From Eledone cirrhosa (Eukaryota), in NCBI GenBank assembly GCA_964016885.1, contig OZ024740.1, positions 335,482,001 to 335,546,000 on the forward strand: a stretch of 64,000 nt of DNA, in the 5' to 3' direction. Positions 14,931 through 27,864 of the stretch are shown here, one piece after another. The first letter of the stretch is position 1, and every line of letters starts with the position of its first letter. The position numbers and the translations under genes are program-made. The notes under the pieces were generated by a model. That model worked only from the letters and a program-made list of their open reading frames with translations. It did no database searches and was not told the DNA's origin.

Positions 14931-15381
14931 TCTACCTGGAGTTGCGACCGATAGATAGTATTAGCAATTGGAAAGACCAATGGAAACATTGTTCCCTCGG
15001 TCCGATTTGACAAAAGTCGATCGTTCCTATATATATATATATATATAAATAAACAGAAATGAGTTTAATCTATTTAGTTATGTTCCGCCACCCAACCACA
15101 TTCTTTTAATGAAAGCCTAAATCTTTGCATTTTTCAGTATTGACATGTTGCAAACTTGACATGCTACGTCTGCTGTCTATTTTAAATCTGTCGAAAGACA
15201 ATCGTAAATATGTCTGTCCATTCTTTGTTTTTCTACCGTCTCTCATTCATATTAACAATAGAAGGGCTATCTATCTACTGTGCAAACTGTCATTAGAAAT
15301 GCAATATTCCATTGATGCCCGAAATTGTACTAAATCAAGGTGGCTGAAAACAAGGTGGCTGAGTTCTTTTCAGCTTATATT

Positions 15382-15563
15382 ATTGGCAGTATCGGTAGAG
15401 GGTCGGACGCCATGCTTTGCAACACAGTTATGTCCCTTTACGGACTGAGTTCAAATCCCGCCGAGCTTAACTTTTCCTTTCATCCTTACAGGGTCGATAA
15501 AATAAAGTACCAGTAATACACTGGAATAATTGCTGGCCTTGTGCCAAAAACTAGAAACAATTA
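15382..15563 (+). mobile_element. SINE, major family
   Basis: Full-length similarity to the other copies. Confidence 0.9.
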
Positions 15564-15625
15564 TACATATGTTTGTATGTGTGTGCGTACATGCCATTAT
15601 GCGTGTCTGCGAGTCTGTCTGCCTG

Positions 15626-15656
<31 letters not shown>

Positions 15657-15957
15657 GTATACACAGTTCAAGAGTAACCAATCTTAAAGAGAGAGATGGA
15701 GATAGGAGAGGAGAAGAGAGATAGGTGAATTAGTTAGAAGCCAAAGCGTAAAGGCATGTGCTCAATGTGCAATATGCAGTGGAAGGCAGCTAGGTGGCTG
15801 GGTTCATGCAGAGATTAGGTGCACAGAGCTGGAAATATTCATTAGTTAAGCAAAACAAGACCACAGATTTCACAAGGAAGACATTATTAAAAGATTGTCA
15901 ACATAGTTTAGTTTGATGTAAGGAATGTAGAGAATAATAATAATAATATTAATAATA

Positions 15958-16138
15958 ATTGTTTCTACTTTAGGCACAAGGCCAGCAATTACCCAGTGCA
16001 TTACTGGTACTTTATTTTATCGACCCCGTAAGGATGAAAGGCAAAGTCAACCTCGGCGGGATTTGAACTCAGATCGTAAAGGGACGTAACTATGCTGGAA
16101 AGCATGGCGTCCGACCCTCTACCGATACTGCCAATCCA
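15958..16138 (-). mobile_element. SINE nested in the left arm of PLE-A
   Basis: Nearly identical to the copy at 62615-62802. Confidence 0.92.
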
Positions 16139-16154
16139 AATAATAATAATGTCC

Positions 16155-16273
16155 GTTTACAATTGTTTCGCTACTCCATATAATATTTCTGGATCAAATG
16201 ATTATAGATCATTATTGATCTGGTTCAGTTGAAAATAATTAACTTAGGTATAATTAGAGTAACTCATCGGAAC
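16155..16273 (-). ncRNA. Hammerhead-like motif with a long helix-II insertion (PLE-A 3' region)
   Basis: Minus strand: gtt-CCGATGA-gttactct...ggagtagc-GAAAC-aatt-GTA-aac. Has an 8-bp helix II base, palindromic ACAATTGT helix III and a U4C core variant. Confidence 0.55.
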
Positions 16274-16656
16274 TTCAAAAGGAATATAAATTAAAATAAG
16301 GAAAGAATGTTACATGAATGTAATGTTCCATATATTGGTATTTCACTATGGTGTCCTGGGTATATCTATTGTCTGCCATAGTCGAGCAGTATTTTTCTGT
16401 CGAGGCTGCATTGTGTGAGATCTGCCTATGGGTAACAAGATGGCCGCCAATTGACATATTTACCTTACTAATTAGAGGGTGGTTTCAGGTTAAGTAACTC
16501 CTCGAGAAATTAGAAATTGTGGGTAGTTTATAGTTAAGAAGTGCTAATTTTTTAATTTTTTTATTGAGAGACAATGTAAGGGAGGTAACTTATAATTATC
16601 TAAGTTAGCTATAACTATTTAATTTATTAGCTATAAGTAAAAATGGGGCCAGATGA

Positions 16657-19120
16657 CTATGCTGGGTCAAATATTCTGTTGGCGAAGGATTTAGCCCTTC
16701 TATGTTGACAGCTAAGAGTTACCTCCGTTCTATCGTTAATCGGTAGAGGTCGTGATAGAGTTATGTAATATGCTTCGGTAAGACAGAGGTCAAAAGAGTT
16801 TCTTCGTCCATTGAACGGTTGGGCCCTAGTCAAGATATCCCATGTTAGTGAGTGTTCAATGTTGGTTAATTTAAGGTTTTTAATGAGCCAAGCTAGAGAT
16901 ATCGAACATCTGTTGTTAGGGTTTCGGAAGGAAAAAGAGTGCGCGTTATAGCGTACCTTAAAAGGGTTAGAGGTAGAACCAATATAGGAGCTGGTATGCG
17001 AAGCAGTTTTAACTGTGCACCTATAAACTATATTGGGTGTCAGGCAATGTCCATTTAGTGGGCATGCATTAGGGTAACGGCAGGTCCAGTCACTTCTGCG
17101 GTTAGTGAGAGTAGGGTTGTTTAAACTAAGCGGTTGGTCCGTGCTAGAAGGATTAGATGGGGGAGATGTGCTACTAGAGTAAGTATTGGTGTAGTGGCGT
17201 GGTGTATTTTATGGGGGTGGGGTACCGCGGTGTGGGAGTTATACTGTCTTAGTTTATGATGGTTACTGAATGCGATGTGGCTAGCTAGGTTAGGTGTTGT
17301 GGAGAATGAGATTTTAATGTTGTTTGTAATATCTGTGGTTGGGGGGAAATGTTTAGATAAGATAGAGAAGAAACGTTTAGGGATATTAGTGGCTAGATTA
17401 GATGAGAATGGAGGGTTAAGCCAGGTGATATTTCTAGGCCTATTCCTTCTAGGGTTCTAGTGGAGTTGGTAGGGGCCTTCATAGGGTTATTATTACCTGG
17501 GCATTTGTTATTTGTCATCTCATTGCTCATTTCTATTCTAGGGTTGATTTTTAGTTTGCTACTTGGAGTAGGAAGTAGGCCACTTCCACCATTAAGGTTC
17601 CCTGTATAGGTGCTGTTACTGCTAAAATTCCGGTGAATCTGGCTATATGCTAAGTTATTTCTAATTCTAGTGTTAAGTTTATTATGGTTGTGGTGAAGTG
17701 CTGTGTTATGGCATTTAGGTATGTAGTAAATGGGCTGTTCATAAGCAGATTCAGAAAGAGCCTTATTATAATATGTCACATGGTTTATAAATATCTCCTC
17801 ATTTGCTGATAGCATGGAGATCCAACACGAGATAGATTTGATTACTGCTCTGATGACTGCCGATGGGTGGTTAGAGTGTGGGCTAATATATGTAAGTATT
17901 TCACCTGGTTTATGATAAGGGTAATATAGGTTATTGTTAAGGTTTAGGTTATTGTTAACGTCTAGGAAGTTTACTATTTTGGGCTCGATGGTGATAGAGA
18001 AACCGTTATTTTTAAAGAATCTATGTTATTGTTTTTTGAGCAAGTCAATGCCTCGATTAGTGCAATTGTGGACTGCAAATAGGGCGTCGTCCCTATTTGC
18101 AAGGGTTGGATTTCAGTTCTGATGTTATGTAATAGGTAAATTCCAACTAAATCGGTTATTTGCGCAGAGTCACTTGAGCCCATAGTGATGTCAAAGTTGT
18201 CTGTTCTGTCTTTTCTAGTCCAGAGTGCTCCGTCGAATTCAATGATGGTCTGCCTAGCCATAAGTATGATGTTAATCTCATTATTGGTTATGTCAGAGTT
18301 GGTGCTGGCTAGGGTTAATGCTTTGTTGAGCAGTGCCGGAGTTATTGAAGCGTAATAGCTGTCAATGTCAAATTGGAGGAACCTCATAGATTCCTTGGAC
18401 CTTAGATCGGAGAACCATCTAATGAGTTGGCCGGTGTTGAACCACAGCTTGTAGGTGATATCATCTCGTAGCCCATGGATGATCCTATCAAGGATGTTCT
18501 TACTGATACGACCCAAGTCGGATGTGGTTGGGCTTATAAGTCTAATAGATGGGTTCTGTATAAAGTTTGGCTTCTGATCATTGACAGAAAACCTTGGGGT
18601 TGTACGTACATAAGGGTGGGTAAATCTATCCATATGCAAGCCCTTAATCAAAGCCTGGAGGGTATAGTTTTTTTTTATATTTATAGTTTTTATTAAGTTC
18701 CTTAAGAAGGAAAGAATTGTAAGTTTCAGGAGTCATGGTGTATAGATTTTTAGTTTTGTCACACATAACATTTAAGAGGTGGCTATATTTACATTTTTTT
18801 ATAGTTGTTGCTAATTTTGTGAGGAAATTATTCTTGTGTCTATAATGCTTTTTGAATTTAATGCTCCTGACGAAGTTAAATAGATCTTTCTCAAAAGGGT
18901 CCAGCAGGATGTTGTGTTGAGTGTTCTTGCAGGTGGTAAATCCATATCTGTTTGCTGTACTTCCGACGTCAGCAGCACCCGCACGGTCGAGGTGGAAGGC
19001 CTTCCATCGTATTCTTCGGATGAAAGAGTTGTCACTCTGTATTAGGAGTTTGAGGCATGTCTTCCTGTCCGGGATAGGAATGGACTTAAATGATATCCTG
19101 AGTTCCTGCTTGCTCAACAT
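16657..19120 (-). pseudogene. PLE-A polyprotein (RT plus C-terminal GIY-YIG endonuclease), frameshifted; resembles Hydra-clade PLEs
   Basis: Motifs FIRRIRWKAF, CDKTKNLY, IRLISPTTSDLGRISK, FDIDSYY, ITMGSSDSAQITDLVGIYLL, NRDD, TCRYPNACPLNGHCL, IVYRC..SYIGSTSNPFKVRY and DLCLTE..CQH. The clade assignment is from recall. Confidence 0.85.
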
Positions 19121-19587
19121 GGTGACTTCTAACAGTAAGTAGCTCAACTACGGGAGCTCAAGTATAAACAGTTCAAGAGTAACCAATGTTAAAGAGAGAG
19201 ATGGAGATAGGAGAGGAGATAGGAGAGAAGAGAGATTGGTGAATTAGTTAGAAGCCAAAGCGTAAAGGCATGTGCTCAATGTGCAATTGTCTCTCAATTA
19301 AACAATTAAAAAATTAGAACTTCTTAACTATAAACTACCCACAATTTTTAATTTCTCGAGGAGTTATTTACCCTGAAACCACCCTCTAATTAGTAAGGTA
19401 AATATGTCCATTGGCGGCCATCGTGTTACCCATAGGCAGAACTCACACAATGCAGCCTCGACAGAAGAATACTGCTCGACTATGGCAGACAATAGATATA
19501 ACCAGGACACCATAGTGAAATACCAATATATGGAACATTACATTCATGTAACATTCTTTCCTTATTTTAATTTATATTCCTTTTGAA

Positions 19588-19706
19588 GTTCCGATGAGTT
19601 GCTCTAATTATACCTAAGTTAATTATTTTCAACTGAACCAGATCAATAATTATCTATAATCATTTGATCCAGAAATATTATATGGAGTAGCGAAACAATT
19701 GTAAAC
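19588..19706 (+). ncRNA. Hammerhead-like motif with a long helix-II insertion (inverted arm copy)
   Basis: gtt CCGATGA gttgctct (19598-19605) ... ggagtagc (19684-19691) GAAAC aatt GTA aac. Confidence 0.55.
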
Positions 19707-19734
19707 GGACATTATTATTATTAATATTATTATA

Positions 19735-19925
19735 GGGCGGTGGATTGGCAGTATTGGTAGAGGGTCGGACGCCATGCTTTGACGCATAGAGTTACAGCCC
19801 TTGCCATTCTGAGTTCAAATCCCGCCAAGGTTAACTTTGCCTCTCATCCTTACGGGGTCGATAAAATAAAGTACCAGTAATACACTGGTATTTGCTGGCC
19901 TTGTGCCTAACGTAAAAACAATTAT
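19735..19925 (+). mobile_element. SINE nested in the right arm of PLE-A
   Basis: Matches the subfamily of the copy at 44178 (tttgacgcatagagttac..cccttgccattc). attattattaatattattat flanks both sides. Confidence 0.92.
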
Positions 19926-20038
19926 TATTAATATTATTATTATTATTCTCTACATTCCTTGCATCAAACTAAAATATGTTGACAATCTTTTAATAATGTC
20001 TTCCTTGTGAAATTTGTGGTCTTGTTTTGCTTAACTAA

Positions 20039-20115
<77 letters not shown>

Positions 20116-20802
20116 GAATGATCGAGAATCGGAATATCGGCCCACGAAATCACGATAAGCAATATCCGACATGTGTGGCAGAGGGCTCACTAGTTTGGAT
20201 AAACCAGAGCTATAACTATCGTTAAAATATCAACACACGGAGATCATGTCTAAAATCACCCGTGCAGCCGAAAAAGAACGACCAGGAAGATTCGGGTCAC
20301 TCAAATAAAATATCAATAAATTAATAAATTAAATGAATGTAAAAAACTCACCCTGACCCGCTAGAAAGATGTTAAAATCTAGCTTCTTGGGTTTCTGCAA
20401 TTCCTTAATCAAATCACTATCAGCCCACATAAAAAATATATAAGACTTCTAGAGAAGGGATGAACGAGGAAAAGCTTCTTCAACGAGTTTTCGTTCAATA
20501 ATATAGAGGGGACCTATAGCCAAAAACGCACATGGTATTCAGCAAGAGAGGGAACCCCTATATTAGCGAAAGAATTCGGTGATGTGTAAATTATGTAAAA
20601 ATACAAAGTATCACATATCGAATCAGAGTGTTCAACAGACGTGTTAAAATAAACAAGAACTATTCATCAGTCAATAAGATCAACAAAAATTAATGAATAT
20701 GGTTTTACAATAGATTAGAAACACTCAACAAGGATGGTTTTCTGGAGTTAATAATATTAATTCAAAATATTAATAAATATAGACATTCATGTAATCAAAT
20801 AT

Positions 20803-20866
20803 ATTTTATTATATATATTTCAGAGGTACTGTGCTGTTTCCTCAGTACGTCCTCATCAGATAAAAT
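20803..20866 (-). ncRNA. Type I hammerhead ribozyme
   Basis: Minus strand: attttat CTGATGA ggacgtactg..cagtacctct GAAA tatat ATA ataaaat. Has a 7-bp helix I and palindromic ATATATAT helix III. Confidence 0.8.
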
Positions 20867-21252
20867 AAACTGATGTCTGACATACCTCAACTTTCCTGAT
20901 AGTTCAATTCCAGTCTTGGCAGTGATTAGTTATGACAACACTCAATATTTATATAACATGACAAACTACATATAATTGAGATGGTGAGTAGGAAAACGTG
21001 TAGAAAAAATAAAATAAATACATATATAGATAAGTAAAATACATAAACACATAAGTACATAACTGTTAAATATTTAAATAATTAAATACGTAAATATCCG
21101 TATTAGAGAATAAAACTAATGAGAGAGAGAGCTAAATAGAGGAGAAAAGGAAAAGATAGAGAGATGAAGATAAACACGAAGAAAGGGAGATATAGATAGT
21201 ATAAAATAATTACATAAGGAAAAGAAGAATAGTGGTATATGATGCGTGACCG

Positions 21253-22435
21253 CAAATTTCTGATCCGGATTAGAAAAAGAATGTTTATGATTGGAAAATC
21301 TCAGTTTAAAGTTCGATGAAGTTGCACCTATGTAGTTATAGGTAATATTATTATTTGCTTTAATGGTACATTTATATACTAAATTCTTATCAAGGCAGTT
21401 ATTTTGCAAAGGGCATTCTGATTTTCTTCTACAGTTACAGTTCGATTTCATGCTATTTCTATAATCGATTCTGTTCGCATTATCATTGTTAATATATGTA
21501 GATTTTCTACTGTAAGTGCTTAAATTAATGTTATTGTTATTCTCTGTAACTATAGTATTATTATTATTAATATTGTCATTATCGCTAATTATCTGTTGGT
21601 TATATCTAAGAATTCTGCTATTTATGTTTGCAATATTTTGAGCCATATTGAGTAAGATAGTTTAACTGTGTGTCTATTGAAGATAGAGTAATGTTTATGT
21701 AATCTAGGGAAACATTTATCTAATGCTTTAAAAAATAATTCTGCTAAGGGTGTTATAATAGCTAAAGATGCTGGTGGGGCATACCAAATAGTTGTTTCTA
21801 CATTTGGCACAAGGCCAGCAATTATTCCAGTGTATAACTGGCATACCAAATAATAGATCTAGTTCTAATTTTTTTCCCCGATTTATTCACGAAATTGGTA
21901 TTTTTATTTATATTTATATTATTTTTATTTTTAAGGCTGCTTTATTTATATTATTCCTATTATGAATATTTAGTTTATAATTACAATTATTATTTTCTAC
22001 ATATTCAATATTATTTTTATTTCCTGCTTTATGCAACGCTTCATTATAATATACATCTTTAATATTAAAAATGGATTTGTTAGCAGATAATTTAGTTAAA
22101 CGTTGTTGCACACTATTGACTATTGCATTTTTAACACATATAGGATGATTGGAATAAAAACTAACATGATTTAGGTTTTCATTGGGTTTATGGAAGTGCT
22201 AATATAGGCCTGAGTTTAAATTGAGGGTTACGTCTAGGAAGTTAACTAATTTACTGTTACTTTCTACTTCTAATTTCAGGTCGTAATTTTTAAAGAATTC
22301 TATGATTGTTTTCTTTACTCTATTTAGTTCACTATTGCTATGTTTTACTACAGTAAATAATATATCATCTCTATATAAACCACCGGTAATCTCCGGCAGC
22401 TTTCTATAAATTTGCAACAACATTTCAAGCATCAT
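21253..22435 (-). pseudogene. PLE RT C-terminus/thumb plus truncated GIY-YIG (Hydra-like)
   Basis: GGLYRDD, VNFLDVTLNLNSG, WYAPP, IFNRHTVKLSYS, CNCRRKSECPLQNNCL, VYKC..YIGATSSNFKLRFSNHKHSF. Confidence 0.85.
21791..21839 (-). mobile_element. 5'-truncated SINE tail inserted in the PLE-B ORF with a 13-bp TSD
   Basis: ggcataccaaata at 21778-21790 and 21840-21852 flanks the SINE 3' tail (ggcacaaggccagcaatt). Confidence 0.8.
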
Positions 22436-23629
22436 ATAAAATTAGGAAAAAACATTGACTGAGTGAGAAAAGATATTGACTTATTAATAATTCTTGTAAT
22501 GCTTCTATTATTGCTATCATTGCTATTATTGATATTGTGTATAATGTTTCTACCTCACCTTAGGAAATGCATAGCTGTTCTTTAAAAGAGTATGATAATC
22601 TCTTGATTGTTTAAATACCTTTAGTTTTGATTTAGAATCCTCTTTTTTAAATCCTGTATTTTATAAATTTGAGATCTGTAATATCTTCAGACTTTCAAAC
22701 CGTTTAATTAATTTAAACGTTTAGATACGTCATACGAAGATATTGTTTACATTTGTAGTGTATAAGTTTCGTTTTATCTAAATTGATTAATAATCTGTAT
22801 TTAACTTGATTTATAGTATTGAATACAGTAAAATTTTGGTGAATCGAAATAATAATACTCTCAAATAATTAATCCTATATGTAATTGACAAATATCGATT
22901 TAAATAGTATTGTTTATATAAAATGCTTATACAGATGCTAATATCTAAGTAAGTTAAGTTTAATAATATCATATTTACTATATTTGTAAGCACCATTGTT
23001 AGTTAATAATATTTTGAATTTTGAATTTTATAACAAAATTATTGAATGTATTTACTAATTTAAATATGCTCCAGATTATCATTGAAAATATGTTATATTA
23101 TCTGATATCACTCTATATTGTTTTAATTTTGATATAATATGATAGTATAATTCCTTTCAAATATTATAGAGTAAAAATTTCACGGCATTTAATTGATCGT
23201 TTCTACCTAACTTAATATTTGAAAAAAATAACGGTCACGCATCATATACCTCTATTCTTCTTTTCCTTATGCAATTATTTTATACCATTTATATCTCCCT
23301 TTCTTCGTTTTTATTTTCATCTCTCTATCTTTGCCTTTTCTCCTCTATTTAGCTCTCTCTCTCATTAGTTTTTTTCTCTATTACGGATATTAACATATTT
23401 AATTATTTAAATATTTAACAGTTATGTACTTATGTGTTTATGTATTTTACTTATCTATATATGTATTTATTTTATTTTTTTTACACGTTTTCCTACTCAC
23501 CCTCTCAATTATATGTAGTTTGTCATGTTACTACATATGGTATATAAATATTGAGTTTTGTCATAACTAATCACTGCCAAGACTGGAATTGAACCATCAG
23601 CACAGTTGAGGTATGTCAGACATCAATTT

Positions 23630-23693
23630 ATTTTATCTGATGAGGACGTACTGAGGAAACAGAACAGTACCTCTGAAATGTATATAATAAAAT
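23630..23693 (+). ncRNA. Type I hammerhead ribozyme
   Basis: attttat CTGATGA ggacgtactg-loop-cagtacctct GAAA tgtat ATA ataaaat. Confidence 0.8.
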
Positions 23694-24000
23694 ATATTTG
23701 ATTACATGAATGTCTATATTTATTAATATTTTGAATTAATATATATATAGTAATAATAATAAATTTGAAGACTAAAATTCAAAGAGAGCTCGATAAGGAT
23801 AAATATATATCAAATATATAAGAACCGTAGAGCAAATATTTATTAAAATAACAGATTAAAGTTTAAGCAAAGAATCGCTGCTTTCACCCTTAACGGGATC
23901 TTCTGAAACTAACAAAGTCAATCTGTGAACGCAGAAGTGAATATTTCAAAAAACGTTGCAACCGGAGGAAGATAGGAAGACGATACTTTGGTTCGTGGAA

Positions 24001-24270
24001 ACGTTCCCTGGCAAAGAACGGAAAAAACGAATATAATACGTCATTATTTGGAGCGGTGAAAAACAATTACATGCAAAGACAAAACCACGTCTATGGTATG
24101 AAAGAAATCGTAGACTAATATTCTATTAGGTGATTCATAGAGACGTTCTCTAGCAATGAACGGGAAAAACGAAGATAATACGTCATATGTGGAGCGGGGA
24201 GAACAATTTCACGCAAAGACATAACCACGTAAATTGTATAACTGAACCGTAGACTAAAATTCTAACTAGG
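24001..24270. repeat. ~142-bp diverged tandem duplication in the PLE-C 3' region
   Basis: acgttc..gaacgg..aaacgaa..taatacgtca..ggagcgg..caaagaca..accacgt..cgtagactaa..ttct..tagg at 24001 and 24143. Confidence 0.8.
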
Positions 24271-24930
24271 AAACCGAATGATTCTCGGCTTCAGAGTTAA
24301 GAATAAAGTAAATAAAATACAGAGGTAATTGAAATTAAATAAATACATACACAAGCATACGCCATAGGTATACAAATACACGCACGTACACACACACACA
24401 AAAAAAAACAAAAAAAAACCCGCACGGACATACGAGCCCACGCAACGCCTGTACCCGCACGCATACGAATTTATACACCAAATACACATAAAAATATATA
24501 TAAAAATATATATATATATATATGTGTGTATGTGTGTGTGCGTGTATACATATAATTAAATAAACGTATATAAATAAATAAATACGTATATAACAAACGC
24601 ACACACATACCTACATGTAAATACACATATTTTTGGAGACGTACGTCAACTAAAACACAAAGTATACATGTAAACACTCCCTACATACGTACGAACCCGC
24701 ATACACACACAGACGCAAATGTCCAGTATATACATAACCAAAGCATACGTACGGGAATATATAATATATACGCCATAACATATACAATCAAATATACGTA
24801 CGAGAAAGTATACGTAGCTACACAAAACATACAGGTAATATATACTTACCTATACAAATAACAAATGGTATAAACATAACATATACTTAGATACCACATC
24901 AAGACGTAAAATATCCACGTATAGTTCGTA

Positions 24931-25372
24931 CTATCCGTTAGGGTTTAATGTGGGGCTGTAATACAGGAAAGCTTTGTTCAATTTATGTTTACAAGCCGAA
25001 ATTGCCTCAGATTTTTTGTTTAATATGTCGTCTTTGGCGTAGGGTATTTCCAGGGCCTCAGTGGCGCAGAGGTCACACGGTCTTTTATTTCCGTTATACG
25101 ATCTAGTCCTAGCTAGGATCTCCCAGTGTAACTTATATTGGGTGTGGTTGTCTTTTAGACTCCATATATAAGCTGAAAGTGACGTCATATTCCTTCTTAA
25201 AGGGTAACGAAAAGAATGGGTATGCTTGTAAAGACGCTGCTTGAATCTATTGACGGTTAACCCTATGTAAGCCCTACGGTACGTGGGTATTTCAACCTTA
25301 CATTTGTAGACAATGTTACTAGAGAGGCATTTCCCGGATAAGGGCAGTCAACCCGATTCCTACAATTACAGT
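24931..25372 (-). pseudogene. PLE-C GIY-YIG endonuclease fragment (5'-truncated; 3' UTR probably extends toward ~23750)
   Basis: CNCRNRVDCP..CLSSNIVYKCKV..YIGLTVNRFKQRLYKH..TSLSAYIWSLK..CDLCATE..LNKKSE..CKH. Begins at a (TA)n tract. Confidence 0.85.
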
Positions 25373-25403
<31 letters not shown>

Positions 25404-26544
25404 TTATATGTGTGTGTGTATGTGTGTATGTGTGTGTATGTGTCTCTGTGCGTGCGCACGCGCGCGCGCGTGTGTGTGTGTTTGCGCTGGCATATATGTT
25501 TATATATCAGAAGGAAATCTGCATAAAGAAAAACGCGAGTTCCGATTGAAATCTTTCACCAGCATTTCATTTTCAGTTAGAGTCACTTTACAACAAAACT
25601 GTGAATAATACCATGGGCGGATATGGCAGAAACGTGACAATTGTTCAGTTTGCTCATTCTTTATATTCAGCAAGAAAACAAACAAAGGGATCTGGAGAAT
25701 ATAAGTGAAGCTAAAATCTTTGAAGCCAACAGAAATAGCCATTTTGTAAAAAATATATGTAACAAACGACATGGATGAACGTAGTGAGTAGGTTTTCTGC
25801 AATGGTATTTCTATTACAAACCTGAATATATATCAAATTAGCAGACAGTTTCAGTTCGTTTCAAACTAAAATATTTCCAGGATCAGAGAATGTTCTCTTT
25901 CGTGACACTAGATAAGCGCCAACAATATAACGCACGAATCCTTTGAAGGTGAGCGTAAGATATTCTAGGTGATCTCAAACAATGGAATTACCAAATTAGT
26001 TATAAACTGAAAAGAGAGAATCGTTACCACTTTTTCGATAAAGAATATTATATTTTATGGTCGTTGCTGTAAATGTAATTAAAGTTTTCGTATATCAATT
26101 AATCATATTGCTGGAAATATTCAGTAGATTTTTATTGTTTATTAAAATTACCCAAATTTTTCCAGTAGGTTTATTAGTTGTAACGCTTGATGTATTTAAG
26201 GTTTAATTGTCACGGAAAGAGGAACAAATATCATACATTAATTGAGACGACGCTAGCGAGAAATATTTATACCAAATGGAAAAAAGAAACAAATATTTTG
26301 GCAATGTCTAACTTTTGAATCACTATTTAGGTTGATTAGTTTTAAACCATTTAAAAGTCAACAAGCTCGGAGTAATGGTCGATATTAGTTTTATAGTTCG
26401 AGGAATGTTAATATCTACAACGATTATATGATACATAAATAACTACAACAGAGTGTAGGGTCATGGTTAGTAAGGTCATAAATTCGATTCCCAGATACGA
26501 CGGCACGTTGTGATACTCTTTCCACGTTGCTCCAAACCACTCAA

Positions 26545-27420
26545 CTTCTTCTTCACCCACTTCTTACTGAGAAATTCTTGGGGGAAGAGTCCTCAAACAC
26601 CCCTTCCAGCAGGTCCTGTCAGAAGCAACTGTCTCCAACTGATTCGGCTTGATCTCCAAGCGAGGCCAGCCAAGCTCATGGATGTTATCCAGCCATCTTG
26701 TTCTGGGTCTACCTCTGGGTTTTCTGCCGGTTGATTTTGCCCGTAAAATTTGTACACCGATTCTTTCCCTAGACATTCTAATCACATGCCATAGTATCGG
26801 AGCTGTGATCCCACAATTCGGAGAAATAGCGGCTCTACCTGGAGTGACTCTCTGATCTCTGAGCTACGCACTCTTTCGAGTAACGTTACTCCAAAGATCT
26901 TTCTGGGGAACTCCATTTCGGCCGCTTGTATTCTCGATTGTGTTCTTTCGGTCATTACTCAAGATTCATAGGCAAGGGTTGGCACGAATTCCAAAGTGAA
27001 GACAGCGTGTTTGGAATTTACACCTACCTCCCTTCTTACTGCACCAGCTCCTGCAATTCTTGCACTTAATTCTGCCTCCTGCATTCCTTCACTCGTGAAC
27101 ACAGCCGCGAGATACTGGATAAAGTGGGAAGCATTGCTGGATAAGTTCGTCACGACCAGGTATACAGATACTATTGCATCCAAATTCAGAAAACTCCATA
27201 AGTAAACTGAGGATGTTGAGACTGAGTGAAGATTGTTCGGCGGGCCACTCGACTGAAACAATTATTCGTGACGACAAAAGTGTCAGACAGCATTGGTGCC
27301 GTTGAAAGGTGAGACTCGCATGCGCATGTTGGTTTTCCAAGAAACGCCCTTCCCTGACTTGAGCCTCGGGGAGGCAAACCTATGGCCAGTACAAGAAGCT
27401 TACATGTTTCACTCCGGACC
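26545..27420 (-). mobile_element. Decayed RTE-clade LINE 3' fragment
   Basis: FVPTLAYES, GRKPRGRPRTRWLDNI and a short gaagaagaag tail. Confidence 0.75.
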
Positions 27421-27864
27421 GATCATGCTTAAATCGAAATTATTTTATGGTCGAGGTGTTTGGACATTGTGAAATTCTAACACCACTTCCAACTTTTTCC
27501 CTCTAAGGAATGTTATGTTAGCCAACGTATCTTTAGAAATTCTGTCATCTCAATTTCATCTTTTCGCTGTTATTGATATTTAAATTAGACAACAAATGAC
27601 TATTTTAATATTGCCACCTATTAAATCATAAATTTAACAAACATAATGATTGCTTAATAAATATTTAAACTGGTTCTCTCTCTGAATAATATAAATTAAC
27701 AAAATTCACTGAAAAATATTATAGGAATAAAATCCCACGGGAAAATTTGAAGCAATCAACAAATTAATAGACAGACCAGAGTAAATCTTCTCTAAAAGAT
27801 ATACACTGTTGGAAATATAATAAAGTATAACAAACACAGACATACAAATACAATTACAGCTATT

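Larger units (their letters stand above)
15663..20045 (-). mobile_element. Penelope-like element (PLE-A), full monomer with terminal direct redundancy plus an inverted 3' arm, flanked by (TA)n
   Basis: Direct repeat 15663-15773 / 19168-19287. Inverted repeat 15835-16575 / 19286-20045. RT-GIY-YIG ORF on the minus strand. (TA)n at ~15626-15650 and 20042-20112. Confidence 0.9.
20113..23745. mobile_element. PLE-B composite: ~500-bp HHR-bearing inverted arms enclosing a partial PLE ORF, flanked by (TA)n
   Basis: Inverted repeat 20754-21252 / 23232-23742. The left outer boundary is inferred from the (TA)n tract. Confidence 0.8.

Noticed and set aside
15382-15460. tRNA gene
   Set aside because: The A/B boxes belong to SINE heads. 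There is no cloverleaf, and the sequence continues into the SINE body.
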